IMG/VR virus record: IMGVR_UViG_3300025011_000026
Reading direction: 5' to 3' (one strand)
Origin: a virus
Lineage: Duplodnaviria > Heunggongvirae > Uroviricota > Caudoviricetes
Length of the DNA stretch: 64,000 nt
Shown here: in pieces, positions 17,228-27,262 of the stretch
Numbering within the stretch: position 1 is the stretch's first letter
Layout of the letters: each line of letters begins with the position of its first letter
The notes under the pieces: model-generated
Seen by the model: the letters and a program-made list of their open reading frames with translations, nothing else
Told to the model about the DNA's origin: nothing
The model's database searches: none
Position numbers and translations under genes: made by a program

Positions 17228-18241
17228 ATGGATTTAATCTCAACAAAAGAATTCTTAAAGGATGATGCAGAAAAAATTATAGAATTACTTAATGATGTTG
17301 GATTTTGCCACATAAAACACAATTATAAACATAAAGAAATACGGTGTGCTGAACACGAACATGGAAATCCTACAGCAATTAAAATTAACACAGAAACTCT
17401 AGGATGTGTAAATTATAAAAGCAGTAAAAACGGAGATATAATTTCACTTATTCAGGAATTCAAACAAATAGGATATAGATCATCATTAGAATACATAATT
17501 GATTATTTTAATCTTGATTTAATACCACATAAAAAGATTCAATTACCATTTGGAGGATTTTATAAAAAAATAATTCCTCCAACGTCTTTGGATCAAATAG
17601 AGTTAAAAACTTATCCAGAAAGTATTTTAGATGAATACTGTAATAATCCTAATATTAGATTTTTTAATGATAGAATTGACTTAGATATTCAAAAACAATT
17701 CAATATTGGTTATGATATATCATCTTTAAGAATTACTATTCCTTGGAGGAGTGCAGAAGGAAAATTGATAGGAATCGTAGGAAGATTAAACGATGATGTA
17801 GTTAATGAAGATAATCCTAAATATTTAGCACTCCTTCCATTCTCAAAATCATATAGTTTATATGGATTTAGTGAAAACTATCAGAATCTAGTAGGCCAAA
17901 CTATCTGGATCTGCGAAGCAGAAAAAAGTGTGATGATTGCTAAAGGTATGAACTTGAATAATGTAATATCCGTAGGAAGTCATAGTATTTCTGCAATCCA
18001 AGTACAACTAATTAAATCACTTATGCCAAAAAGAATAATAATTTCTTTTGATGAAGGAATTGAAAAAGAGAAGCTGATTATAGAGTGTAATAAATTTAAA
18101 AATAGTTTCCTGAAGTATAATATAGGGGTTTTTGATACCACTTGTTTACCTAAAGATTCAAAAATGTCTTTGTTTGACTTAGATGATAATAAAAAAATAA
18201 TGCAATTAGCAAAGGAGAATATAATTTGGCTAGAGAATTAG
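17228..18241 (+). CDS. Toprim-domain DNA primase
   Basis: Toprim glutamate context WICEAEKSVM and acidic IISFDEG. N-terminal Cys/His cluster CHIKH ... CAEHEH. Confidence 0.6.
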   Translation: MDLISTKEFLKDDAEKIIELLNDVGFCHIKHNYKHKEIRCAEHEHGNPTAIKINTETLGCVNYKSSKNGDIISLIQEFKQIGYRSSLEYIIDYFNLDLIPHKKIQLPFGGFYKKIIPPTSLDQIELKTYPESILDEYCNNPNIRFFNDRIDLDIQKQFNIGYDISSLRITIPWRSAEGKLIGIVGRLNDDVVNEDNPKYLALLPFSKSYSLYGFSENYQNLVGQTIWICEAEKSVMIAKGMNLNNVISVGSHSISAIQVQLIKSLMPKRIIISFDEGIEKEKLIIECNKFKNSFLKYNIGVFDTTCLPKDSKMSLFDLDDNKKIMQLAKENIIWLEN

Positions 18242-19332
18242 AACCAATAGTAAAAAAATTAATAGAAGAAGGTAATATAGTTTATAGTTTTAGTAAATTA
18301 GGTTCATTTAATCAATGTGAATATGGATATTATAATACATATATACTTAAAAATAGAGGCATTGATAATATTTATAGTGTTTGCGGAAGCAATATTCATA
18401 ATGATTTGGAGCAAATATATAATGGTAAAGAAGTAGATTTAACTAAATCATTAAATAATACACTTTCAGAATTAGACATGTTGGGAGTTAATTTTGCAAA
18501 CGATAAAATTAGAAACGCTTGGGTGGCTGACATGGAACATTTCACTAAAAACTTTAAAGCAAAAGAAGGATCATATATTACTGAGGAAGGGTTTATATTT
18601 GAAATAATGCCTAGAGTTTATATACAAGGGTATATTGATATGGTGGAGCATCATGATGAAAATAATATTTCAATTATTGATTTCAAAACAAGCAGTAAAT
18701 TTGATAAAAAGAAATTAATTGGAGCAGGAAGACAGTTGGTGTTATATGGAATAGCAAAACAAGATAAATATACGATTAATAAAATAGCATGGTATATGCT
18801 TAAATATCTTTATGTTTGTTCTAAATTGAAAAACGGCAATATTAATAAGAAAATGTGTAATAGAGGGAAATGGGTTAAGGAAATAGGGACTGATAAAAAT
18901 ATAAAAGATAAAAAAACTAATACATATAAATTAACCAAAAGTGCTTTAAAAAGAGAATTAGAATCTTTAAAATATAAAGATTTTGAGATCGAAATATTAA
19001 TTAACGAAGCAATAAATAATAATAGTTTATTAAATATGCCAAAAGAAATTCAAGATAAGTATTGGTTAGAGGATTGTATTCTTGAATATGAGTTTAATGA
19101 AGAAACAAAGAGCGAATTTATGGAATTTGTGAAATCTACACATGAGAAAATTATTAAGAAAGATGTTGAGAATGAAAACGATTGGAAACCTTTAGATATT
19201 GAGAATGATAACTTTTTCTGTAGTAATCTTTGTGGGTTACGTCAATCATGTCGATATTTATTAGATTTTTATGAGAGATTAAAGTTAGGTGTTACTAAGA
19301 AAGACTCTGAGTGGGAAGATTTATTTGGATAA
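18226..19332 (+). CDS. PD-(D/E)XK exonuclease, Cas4/RecB-like with Fe-S cysteines
   Basis: GYIDMVEHHDENNISIIDFKTS gives the D ... D-x-K core. One N-terminal Cys (FNQCEY) plus C-terminal FCSNLCGLRQSC fits the 1+3 cysteine cluster pattern. Confidence 0.65.
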   Translation: MARELEPIVKKLIEEGNIVYSFSKLGSFNQCEYGYYNTYILKNRGIDNIYSVCGSNIHNDLEQIYNGKEVDLTKSLNNTLSELDMLGVNFANDKIRNAWVADMEHFTKNFKAKEGSYITEEGFIFEIMPRVYIQGYIDMVEHHDENNISIIDFKTSSKFDKKKLIGAGRQLVLYGIAKQDKYTINKIAWYMLKYLYVCSKLKNGNINKKMCNRGKWVKEIGTDKNIKDKKTNTYKLTKSALKRELESLKYKDFEIEILINEAINNNSLLNMPKEIQDKYWLEDCILEYEFNEETKSEFMEFVKSTHEKIIKKDVENENDWKPLDIENDNFFCSNLCGLRQSCRYLLDFYERLKLGVTKKDSEWEDLFG

Positions 19333-19346
19333 GAAGGAGGACTATA

Positions 19347-20318
19347 ATGAACTGTAGTATTTGTAATATTGATGAAAAAGATTCACCAAAATTTTATTAT
19401 AGTGGAATTTATGGGAATAATCTATGCAATAAGCATTATCTTCAAATGAGAAGGCATGGCAAAATTACTGATGATACTCCAAATATAAAATTAAATTTAT
19501 GTGAAGTTTGTGGTCATACTGAAGGGTTAAAAAGATGTGGGTTAGACGGAGACTTCAAAGGTAAAACATTGTGTGGAAAACATTATTCTCAAATATTTGA
19601 AAAAGGAATAATATTTGATGAATTACCAACTCATAAAGATATATTAAGGGTTTGCGAAATTTGTGGGGAAGATAAATCTACTGACGTTATTTTTTGTGCT
19701 GAAACAAATCAAATGCTCTGTAGAAAACATTATAATCATATCCGTACATATGGCAATATATTGGAGAGAAGTATTCATGATAAAAATACATATGTTTTGA
19801 AAGAGGATGAATTTGGAGAATATGCAGAGATAATATTAAGGAATATAGAACACAATGAAATAGCAAGAACGACAATTGACATTGAAGAATTGGAAAGGGT
19901 ATTACAAAGAGTGTGGGGTCATAGCACATGGGGATATGCGACCAGTAAAACTCAAGAAAGTTTTACGATGTTACAAAATTTTATTTTAAATCACGTAGGA
20001 TTAATTGATCATATTGATAGAAATACATTAAATAATAGGAAATATAATTTAATGCCCTCGAATAAATCATTAAATGCATTAAATTGTGGATTAAGAAATA
20101 ACAACATAAGTGGTGTTACTGGAGTTTCTTTTAGCAAAACTGCCAACTCATGGAGATCGTATATAAATTGGGAGGGCAAAAGATTAGAATTAGGAAACAG
20201 AAAAAGCAAAGATGATGCGATTATATTAAGACTATCTAAAGAAAATGAGTTATTAGGAATATTATCACCTCAAAAACAATTATTTGAAGAATATGGGATA
20301 GAGGTGAGAATTATATGA
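19347..20318 (+). mobile_element. free-standing HNH-AP2 homing endonuclease gene
   Basis: Three tandem Zn-knuckle repeats (CxxC ... C-x-KHY-x3-R-x-G). HNH_3-like HIDRNTLNNRKYNL. AP2-like ISGVTGVSFSKTANSWRSYINWEGKRLELG. SD AAGGAGG. Its stop overlaps the Pol III alpha ATG. Confidence 0.7.
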
Positions 20319-23300
20319 TTAAATTTCAAAATTTTCACCGCCATTCCAGCGATAGTAACATCTTCACAGCCGATAGTGCAATGGTTGTAGAGGACTATGC
20401 TAAAAGAGCAGTTGAATTAGGTCATACTATTCTATCTTCTTGTGAGCATGGTTTTCAGGGCCGATATTATGAAGTTTATGAAATGGCAAAAAAATATAAT
20501 CTCAAATTCATTTTTGGAACAGAAGCATATTGGGTTAAAGATAGATTTGAGAAAGACAGAACTAATGGGCATATTTGCATATTTGCTAAATCAGAGATTG
20601 GCAGAAAATCCATTAATAGAGTTCTATCAGAAGCAAACATTGATGGGTATTACTATAAACCAAGAGTGGACATTGAATTATTATTATCTCTTCCTCAATC
20701 GGAAGTATTTATTAGTACAGCATGTATGGCTTTTTGGAAATATGATGATATAGAAGATATTATATGGAAATTGCATAAACATTTTGGAGATAATTTTTTT
20801 CTTGAAGTACAATATCATCATACAGATATTCAACGTGAAATTAACAAAAGAATCCTTAATCTAGGTTTAAATATTGTAATGGGTTGTGATTCTCATTATA
20901 TATATCCAGACCAAGCAAAAGGCAGAGATGATGTTTTAGAAGCAAGAGGGATAAGATATGAAGGAGAGGAGGGGTGGTTCTTAGACTACCCCGATGGGGA
21001 TACTGCATATCAGAGATTTGTAGATCAAGGGATATTAAATCATGAACAAATAATGAGAGCAATCAATAATACTAATATTTTTCTTGAATTTGAAGATATA
21101 GAATTTGATAAAAATATTAAATTGCCATCACTTTACCCCAATTTATCTTTAGAAGAAAAGAATAAGATATATACAACATTATTAACTGAAAAGTGGAAAG
21201 AGTTCAGTAAAGATATTGATCCAAGTAAACATGAATTATATCTTCAAGAAATTCAAAAAGAAGTTAATATTGTTAGGAATACTGGCATGGTAGATTATTT
21301 CTTAATGGATTATGAGATTGTAAAACAAGCAATTGCAGATGGAGGAATTATTACTAACAGTGGCCGAGGTTCAGGCGTGTCCTTTATTACTAATACATTA
21401 TTAGGATTTAGTAAAGTAGACAGAATTTCATCACCTGTTAAATTATATCCTGAGAGATTTATGAGTGAAACAAGAATATTACAAACTAAAAGTTTACCTG
21501 ATTTGGATTTGAATTGTGGTACTCCTGAAATATTTGTTCAAGCACAAGATAAAATTCTTGGTGAAGGTCATGCATATCCTATGATTGCATATGGAAAATT
21601 TAAAATTAAATCAGCATTTAAGTTATATGCAAAATCGCAAAGTATGCCATTTGATACTGCAAATGAAATCACTAATCAAATTGAAAAATATGAGAGAGAT
21701 TTAAAATATGCAGATGAAGATGATAAAGATTTAATTAATGTTTATGATTATGTAGAAGAAAAACATCATGAAATACTTAAAGGTTCAGAAAAATACATGG
21801 GCATTATTGCTTCTAAATCTGCTCATCCATGTGGATATCTTTTATATCAAGGCAATATTAAAGAAGATATAGGATTAATCAAATGTAAGAGTGAATCAAC
21901 AAAAAAAGAAGTAGTTACCACTGTAATTGATGGTTATGTGGCAGAGAAATATAAGTTCTTAAAAAATGACTTACTTAAAGTTGATGTTGTATTATTGATT
22001 GATAAGGTTTATAAAAGAATTGGAATTAAACCTCATACAGTGAATGAATTATTAACTATTATTAAAAATGATTCAGAGACATGGGGTATATATGCTAAAG
22101 GATTGACTATTGGTGTTAATCAAGTAGAAAAACCATCTACGACACAAAAAGCAATGAGGTACAAAGCTAGTAATATTTCAGAATTGACCGCACTAATTGC
22201 TGCCATTCGTCCTGGGTTTAAATCAATGTATCATACATTTGAAACTAGAAAACCATTTAACTATAATACTCCAAGTTTTGATAAATTAATTCAAACTGAA
22301 GAAATGCCATTTTCTTTTGTATTATATCAGGAGCAAACAATGGCAACATTGCAATATGCAGGATTCCCTATGGATGAGAGTTACGGCATATTAAAAGCTA
22401 TCAGTAAGAAAAAAGCAGAAATTATTATTCCTTTAAAGGAGAGATTTTTAGATGGATTTAGTAAAAAACTAGTATTAGATGAGAATATTACGTTAGAGTT
22501 AGCATTAGAGAAAAGTGAGGATATATGGCGAATTATAGCGGATTCTGTCAATTATTCGTTTAATGCGTCACATGCTTTAAGTTATGCCATTGATTCAGCT
22601 TATTGTGCATATTTAAAAGCACATTACCCTTATGAATTTTACGAAGTTATGTTACAGTCTTATTCAGATAAAGGCAATAAGGATAAAGTTGCATTATTTA
22701 AAAAAGAAATGATAGAGGGGTTTGGTATATCCGAAGGAGAATATACGTTTGGATTAGATAATACTAAATTCTTAGCAGATAAAGAAAATAAAACTATTTA
22801 TCCAGAGATGCTATCAATTAAATTCTTAAATAAAGAAATGGCTCATACTTTATTGAAATTATCAAAGAAAAAATATGATAGTTTTTATGAATTATTACGA
22901 AACATTAAATCAACTAAGGTTAATTCAAGACAATTAAATATTTTAATTAAATTAGGTTATTTTAGAGATTATGCTGATATCAAAAAAATACAAATATTTA
23001 ATGATTACTATGATTTATTAGGAGATTCTAAACAAATATCTAAAGAAAAAGCAATATTGTCTGAATTACCAATAGAATTAATTGAAAAATATTCAAGATC
23101 AACAGATAAAACTTATGTAGAATTAGATGTTGACAATATTTTATTGGGGTTATGGGATAATATACCTAATGAGTCATTAAATATTAGAGAACAAATACAA
23201 AATGAAATTGAATTATTAGGATATGCAAAATCAATAAATCCAAATATCTCTCCTGACTATGGAATTGTAGTTGAACTCAACACTAAATATTCTCCAATTC

Positions 23301-23527
23301 CTACAATTTATCGAATCAATGATGGAAGTATTGAAACTATTAAAACTGATACAAGAAAGTATAAAGCAAATCCATTTCAGCAATTTGATATGATTAAAAC
23401 AATCACTAAGGAACCGAGAAACAAAAAGAAATATATGGGTAAGAATGAGAAAGGTAAAGGGATATATGAAACATTAGAAGAGAAAGAAGACATATTAACC
23501 CAGTGGACGATAGTGACATTTGATTAA
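20315..23527 (+). CDS. dnaE: DNA polymerase III alpha subunit (DnaE-type)
   Basis: N-terminal PHP motif FHRHSSDS. Catalytic-core strings GRGSGVSFITNTLLGFSKVD and LPDLDLNC. 1070 aa. Confidence 0.85.
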   Translation: MIKFQNFHRHSSDSNIFTADSAMVVEDYAKRAVELGHTILSSCEHGFQGRYYEVYEMAKKYNLKFIFGTEAYWVKDRFEKDRTNGHICIFAKSEIGRKSINRVLSEANIDGYYYKPRVDIELLLSLPQSEVFISTACMAFWKYDDIEDIIWKLHKHFGDNFFLEVQYHHTDIQREINKRILNLGLNIVMGCDSHYIYPDQAKGRDDVLEARGIRYEGEEGWFLDYPDGDTAYQRFVDQGILNHEQIMRAINNTNIFLEFEDIEFDKNIKLPSLYPNLSLEEKNKIYTTLLTEKWKEFSKDIDPSKHELYLQEIQKEVNIVRNTGMVDYFLMDYEIVKQAIADGGIITNSGRGSGVSFITNTLLGFSKVDRISSPVKLYPERFMSETRILQTKSLPDLDLNCGTPEIFVQAQDKILGEGHAYPMIAYGKFKIKSAFKLYAKSQSMPFDTANEITNQIEKYERDLKYADEDDKDLINVYDYVEEKHHEILKGSEKYMGIIASKSAHPCGYLLYQGNIKEDIGLIKCKSESTKKEVVTTVIDGYVAEKYKFLKNDLLKVDVVLLIDKVYKRIGIKPHTVNELLTIIKNDSETWGIYAKGLTIGVNQVEKPSTTQKAMRYKASNISELTALIAAIRPGFKSMYHTFETRKPFNYNTPSFDKLIQTEEMPFSFVLYQEQTMATLQYAGFPMDESYGILKAISKKKAEIIIPLKERFLDGFSKKLVLDENITLELALEKSEDIWRIIADSVNYSFNASHALSYAIDSAYCAYLKAHYPYEFYEVMLQSYSDKGNKDKVALFKKEMIEGFGISEGEYTFGLDNTKFLADKENKTIYPEMLSIKFLNKEMAHTLLKLSKKKYDSFYELLRNIKSTKVNSRQLNILIKLGYFRDYADIKKIQIFNDYYDLLGDSKQISKEKAILSELPIELIEKYSRSTDKTYVELDVDNILLGLWDNIPNESLNIREQIQNEIELLGYAKSINPNISPDYGIVVELNTKYSPIPTIYRINDGSIETIKTDTRKYKANPFQQFDMIKTITKEPRNKKKYMGKNEKGKGIYETLEEKEDILTQWTIVTFD

Positions 23528-23577
23528 CAAATTATAAAATAAATATATTTGACTTATTATTCCCAATATGTTATTAT
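23526..23577 (+). promoter_or_regulatory. promoter, paralogous to the one at 3134
   Basis: Identical 20-mer AACAAATTATAAAATAAATA, then TTGACT (23549-23554), 17 nt, TGtTATTAT. Confidence 0.6.
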
Positions 23578-23603
23578 TAATACATAGAGAGGAGGTAATA
23601 CTC

Positions 23604-23855
23604 ATGGAAGAGCAATATAGCAAAGTTAAAGAAATTAATGATATATGGTTAGAATTAACCAAGTTTTGCGACAGCATGAATTGTCATGATGGTATGGTTG
23701 ACGCTAATGATTTACTTGACAATGCTGAATATGTTAAAAATTTATTAGAAAAATACTTGAAGTATAATAAATTACTTATATCCCATAAATATCCAACCCT
23801 ACAACCCTACTCTCACAACACTTTCAAAATCATAAAATCTCATAATTTCCAATAA
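23604..23855 (+). CDS. hypothetical protein (3' third runs into the G-free element)
   Basis: SD GAGAGGAGG then ATG 23604. The C-terminal part is encoded by the repeated G-free tract, so the true stop and function are uncertain. Confidence 0.45.
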   Translation: MEEQYSKVKEINDIWLELTKFCDSMNCHDGMVDANDLLDNAEYVKNLLEKYLKYNKLLISHKYPTLQPYSHNTFKIIKSHNFQ

Positions 23856-23858
23856 AAT
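23763..23858 (+). repeat. 96-nt G-free tract (element copy A)
   Basis: No G from 23763 to 23858. CCATAAATATCCAACCCTACAACCCTAC is shared with copy B. Confidence 0.6.
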
Positions 23859-23899
23859 GTTCCATTTCTGGGATATTAATTTAAGGAGGTGAAAAATAA

Positions 23900-24049
23900 A
23901 TGCAAACTCAAAAAATCATCAATCGAATCGATGGAATTTGGACAGAATGCTCTTCTCAAGAGTACAATTCCAATGACAAATCAAACTTCATGTTCATTTC
24001 CAGCACATTGACCAATACCACTACATACCTGAAAAAGATTTCCCAATAA
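23900..24049 (+). CDS. 49-aa protein, paralog of 24139-24345
   Basis: SD AAGGAGGTG then ATG. IDGIWTECSSQEYNSNDKSNFMFIS aligns with DGDWIQCTQEEYENNYTDKVNYAFIV in the next gene. Confidence 0.5.
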   Translation: MQTQKIINRIDGIWTECSSQEYNSNDKSNFMFISSTLTNTTTYLKKISQ

Positions 24050-24138
24050 ATCATAAAATAAATGGCAAGGATTTAATCTCACAGATTATTCATTCAACTA
24101 ATTAAATTCTTGCTACACAAAAAGGAGTAATAATACAT

Positions 24139-24345
24139 ATGAAAGATAATCCTAAAATTCTACATGGCAGAGATGGCGACTGGATTCAATGCACACAGGA
24201 AGAATATGAAAATAATTACACTGATAAAGTTAATTATGCATTTATTGTGGATCAAGATTCTAACAAAGGCTCTTACTATAAAAAATTAATACTTGAGTCC
24301 TTAGAAAATCAATTTGAAATTAAAAATGAAAGGATGGAAGATTAG
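24139..24345 (+). CDS. hypothetical protein (paralog pair)
   Basis: SD AAAGGAG then ATG. Confidence 0.6.
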   Translation: MKDNPKILHGRDGDWIQCTQEEYENNYTDKVNYAFIVDQDSNKGSYYKKLILESLENQFEIKNERMED

Positions 24346-24348
24346 TCA

Positions 24349-24561
24349 GTGTTCGATTTCTGTTTATGTGAATATTCAGATTGCCCACAATCAATGATAT
24401 GTAGTAGATTTTTGTATAAAAATAGTTCTAATCCAGTTTATATTAAATTTAAGAATATTTGCAGTCTAGATGATGACTTTCAATGGTTTTATGGCGATAG
24501 GAGTAAGATGGTTAAGGTGGAATTGATTACTGAAATTGAAAACAAAGAAGGTGATACATAA
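24349..24561 (+). CDS. hypothetical Cys-containing protein
   Basis: GTG start 3 nt after the previous stop. Confidence 0.5.
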   Translation: MFDFCLCEYSDCPQSMICSRFLYKNSSNPVYIKFKNICSLDDDFQWFYGDRSKMVKVELITEIENKEGDT

Positions 24562-24732
24562 TAAGAGAAATTTATATAGTAGGACAAATTATTCTATTGC
24601 TTAATAATTATTATAAACTTAATTTGAAAGAATTAGATCAGTTGAGAATATTGTCTAATTTGCTAAGTTCGAGTCTTGGAGAATATCTTTATGATAAAAG
24701 AATTAATGGTTATTTGGAAGGAAGTAAAAATA

Positions 24733-24933
24733 ATGAAAACAGTTGATGAATATAACCAAGAAAGACAAAGACAATTTCAAATAGAAAATCCACAATGGAG
24801 AAATTGTAATATTGCTTGCAGCAAATGTGGTAATGAGTTGTTAATGGATATGTGGATTATACTTTGTTCAGATCCGCCACAAAGAAACGTTAAATGTAAT
24901 AAATGCAGTTATTATGGTAGTGTGTTGGCATAA
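24733..24933 (+). CDS. hypothetical zinc-ribbon protein
   Basis: SD GGAAGGAAG then ATG 24733, in frame with track ORF 24676. CSKC ... CNKC pairs. Confidence 0.55.
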   Translation: MKTVDEYNQERQRQFQIENPQWRNCNIACSKCGNELLMDMWIILCSDPPQRNVKCNKCSYYGSVLA

Positions 24934-24993
24934 ATGAAGATTTTCATTGTATTTACAAATAGATAAAAATAAAATATATTGGAGGATACATAA

Positions 24994-27237
24994 TTGACAG
25001 AGATAGATAATAATGTTCAGAAATTGTTGGAAAAGAGATATTTTTTAAGAGATAGTGAAAAAAATTTAATTGAAAATTCATGGTCTGATATAGCTATGAG
25101 GGTTGCAACAAATATTGCTCAAGCTGAAAATGAAAAGGATATTCCTTATTACATAGAAAAATTCTATACAATGATCAACAATATGGACTTTATTCCTTCA
25201 AGTCCTTGCATCTTTAATGCAGGAACTTCTTCACAGTCTTTAAGTTCTTGTTTTATTGTTGACATTGAAGACAATATTGAAGGAATATTTCAAACAGTAG
25301 CAGAATGTGCTAAGATTTTTCAAATGTCTGGTGGAGCAGGATTTTCAATGAGAAAGATTCGTCCTAATGGGGCAAGTTGTAAGTCTTCTGGATCTAATGC
25401 TTCGGGTGTAGTGTCATTTATGTTTATCTTCAATGAAGTAGTTAATAGAGTTAAGCAAGGAAATAAGAGAAATGGTGCAATTAAAATTGATCTACCATGT
25501 GATCATCCAGAAATTTTTTCATTTGTACACTCAAAAGATGATACTAAAGAACTAACCAATATGAATATTTCAGTCAGTATTACAAGAGAATTTATTGAGG
25601 CAGTAGAAAAAAATAGTGATTGGGAATTAAAATTTAATGGATTGATATATGAAACCGTCAAAGCAATCGACCTATGGAACGAAATTATGCAATGTGCTCA
25701 TAAAACAGGAGAGCCAGGTCTAAGTTATCAGACAAATATGGACGAAGGAAATATGAATCCGCATGTTAATTTGGAAGTATATGGTAATCCTTGCCATGAG
25801 TTTGTTAATGTTCCATATTCTAGTTGTAATCTAGCTTCTGTACACCTTAGAAAAATAGTTAAAAATAGCATCATTGATTGGAACAAGTTAAAAGAAAACA
25901 TTAAATTTACATTTAGGTTCTTAGATAATATGATCACAATGAATAAACTTCCTTTGAAAAAGATTGAAGAAATGACTAAAGCACTTAGACCTATTGGACT
26001 TGGAACAATGGGATTTGCCCAGTTGCTTTATGAGTTGAAAATTCCTTATGATTCTCAACAATGTTTGGATTTTGTAGACGAATTATATGGATTTATAGAA
26101 CGTACATGTTTAGAATATAATATTGAACTAGCCAAAGAAAGAGGAGTTTATCCTGCTTGGAAAGGTAGCAAATGGGAAGAAAAAGATATTGAGGTACGTT
26201 GTTCGAGTATGACAAGCATTGCTCCAAATGGTTCTATTGCTTTTATTGCTAAAACAACTGGTGGAGTTGAACCACAATGGTCTTTAGGAACAATTCGCAC
26301 AGATAACGATAATGATAAATATTATACTTTTGATTCTGTTTTTGAAAAATATTTAAAGGATAATAATTTATATACCGAAGAAATTTTAGACAGAATAACC
26401 AATAATAATGGTTCAATTCAAGGATTAGACGATATTTTTACAAAAGAAATCCAACGTATATTTGTTACTGCAAATGATATTTCTCCTGAATGGCATGTAA
26501 AAGTATTGGCACAAATTCAAAAGTATGTGAGTTTAAGTATTTCTAAGACTGTTAATATGCCTAGTAATGCTACACTAGAAGATGTTGGTAATGTATACAT
26601 AATGGCAGCAAAAAGTGGAATTAAAGGAATTACCGTCTATCGAGATGGTTGTAGAGAAAATCAAATATTAAGTACAGGAAACAATAATACAACAGAAGAA
26701 ATTATTGAAATCATAGATCGAGGACATGTAATAAAAGCCCCATCAGTAGCAGATAGCAGAACTTATAAATTTGTTAGTGGTTGTGGCAATGCTTATGTTA
26801 CAGTTACATGGGATGAAAAAGGCAATATCAATCAAACATTTACCAACAAAGGAAGTAGCGGAACATGTAAAAGCAATCAAGAAGCAGTTTCAAGATTAAT
26901 ATCGCTATCATTGCGTGGCGGTATTCCAATCGAGAAAATTATTGATCAATTAGAAAGCGTAGATATTTGTTCTTCATATACAAACGCTAGAGTTAAAGGA
27001 AAACCAGTTAGCAAAGGTGCTAGTTGTCCTCATGCCATTGCTAATATTCTTAAGCAAGCAATAAAAGACGTTAAGAGTAAATTTGATAATATTGACATAA
27101 AACAAGAGCGCAAAACTGAGTTGGAAGGCACAGAAATTATTAATGATGCTAATTCTTGTCCTGAATGTAAAGAACCACTAATTAACGAGGGTTCATGTAT
27201 ATGCTGTAAATCATGCGGTTATAGCAAGTGCTCATAA
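24994..27237 (+). CDS. nrdJ: class II (adenosylcobalamin-dependent) ribonucleotide reductase
   Basis: Active-site region GNPCHEF ... SSCNLASV. VYRDGCRENQ. C-terminal TSCPD-like segment GCGNAYVTVTWDEKGNINQTFTNKGSSGTCKSNQEAVSRLISLSLRGG and terminal Cys4 finger CPEC ... CKSC. No glycyl-radical RVCGY tail. Confidence 0.8.
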   Translation: MTEIDNNVQKLLEKRYFLRDSEKNLIENSWSDIAMRVATNIAQAENEKDIPYYIEKFYTMINNMDFIPSSPCIFNAGTSSQSLSSCFIVDIEDNIEGIFQTVAECAKIFQMSGGAGFSMRKIRPNGASCKSSGSNASGVVSFMFIFNEVVNRVKQGNKRNGAIKIDLPCDHPEIFSFVHSKDDTKELTNMNISVSITREFIEAVEKNSDWELKFNGLIYETVKAIDLWNEIMQCAHKTGEPGLSYQTNMDEGNMNPHVNLEVYGNPCHEFVNVPYSSCNLASVHLRKIVKNSIIDWNKLKENIKFTFRFLDNMITMNKLPLKKIEEMTKALRPIGLGTMGFAQLLYELKIPYDSQQCLDFVDELYGFIERTCLEYNIELAKERGVYPAWKGSKWEEKDIEVRCSSMTSIAPNGSIAFIAKTTGGVEPQWSLGTIRTDNDNDKYYTFDSVFEKYLKDNNLYTEEILDRITNNNGSIQGLDDIFTKEIQRIFVTANDISPEWHVKVLAQIQKYVSLSISKTVNMPSNATLEDVGNVYIMAAKSGIKGITVYRDGCRENQILSTGNNNTTEEIIEIIDRGHVIKAPSVADSRTYKFVSGCGNAYVTVTWDEKGNINQTFTNKGSSGTCKSNQEAVSRLISLSLRGGIPIEKIIDQLESVDICSSYTNARVKGKPVSKGASCPHAIANILKQAIKDVKSKFDNIDIKQERKTELEGTEIINDANSCPECKEPLINEGSCICCKSCGYSKCS

Positions 27238-27262
27238 AAATAAATGAAAAGAGGAAATTAAA

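Noticed and set aside
25780-25800. The RNR active-site loop reads NPCHE, where I expected NPCGE.
   Set aside because: This is a single-residue deviation judged from memory of the consensus. It is not enough to call an inactive or novel enzyme without an alignment.
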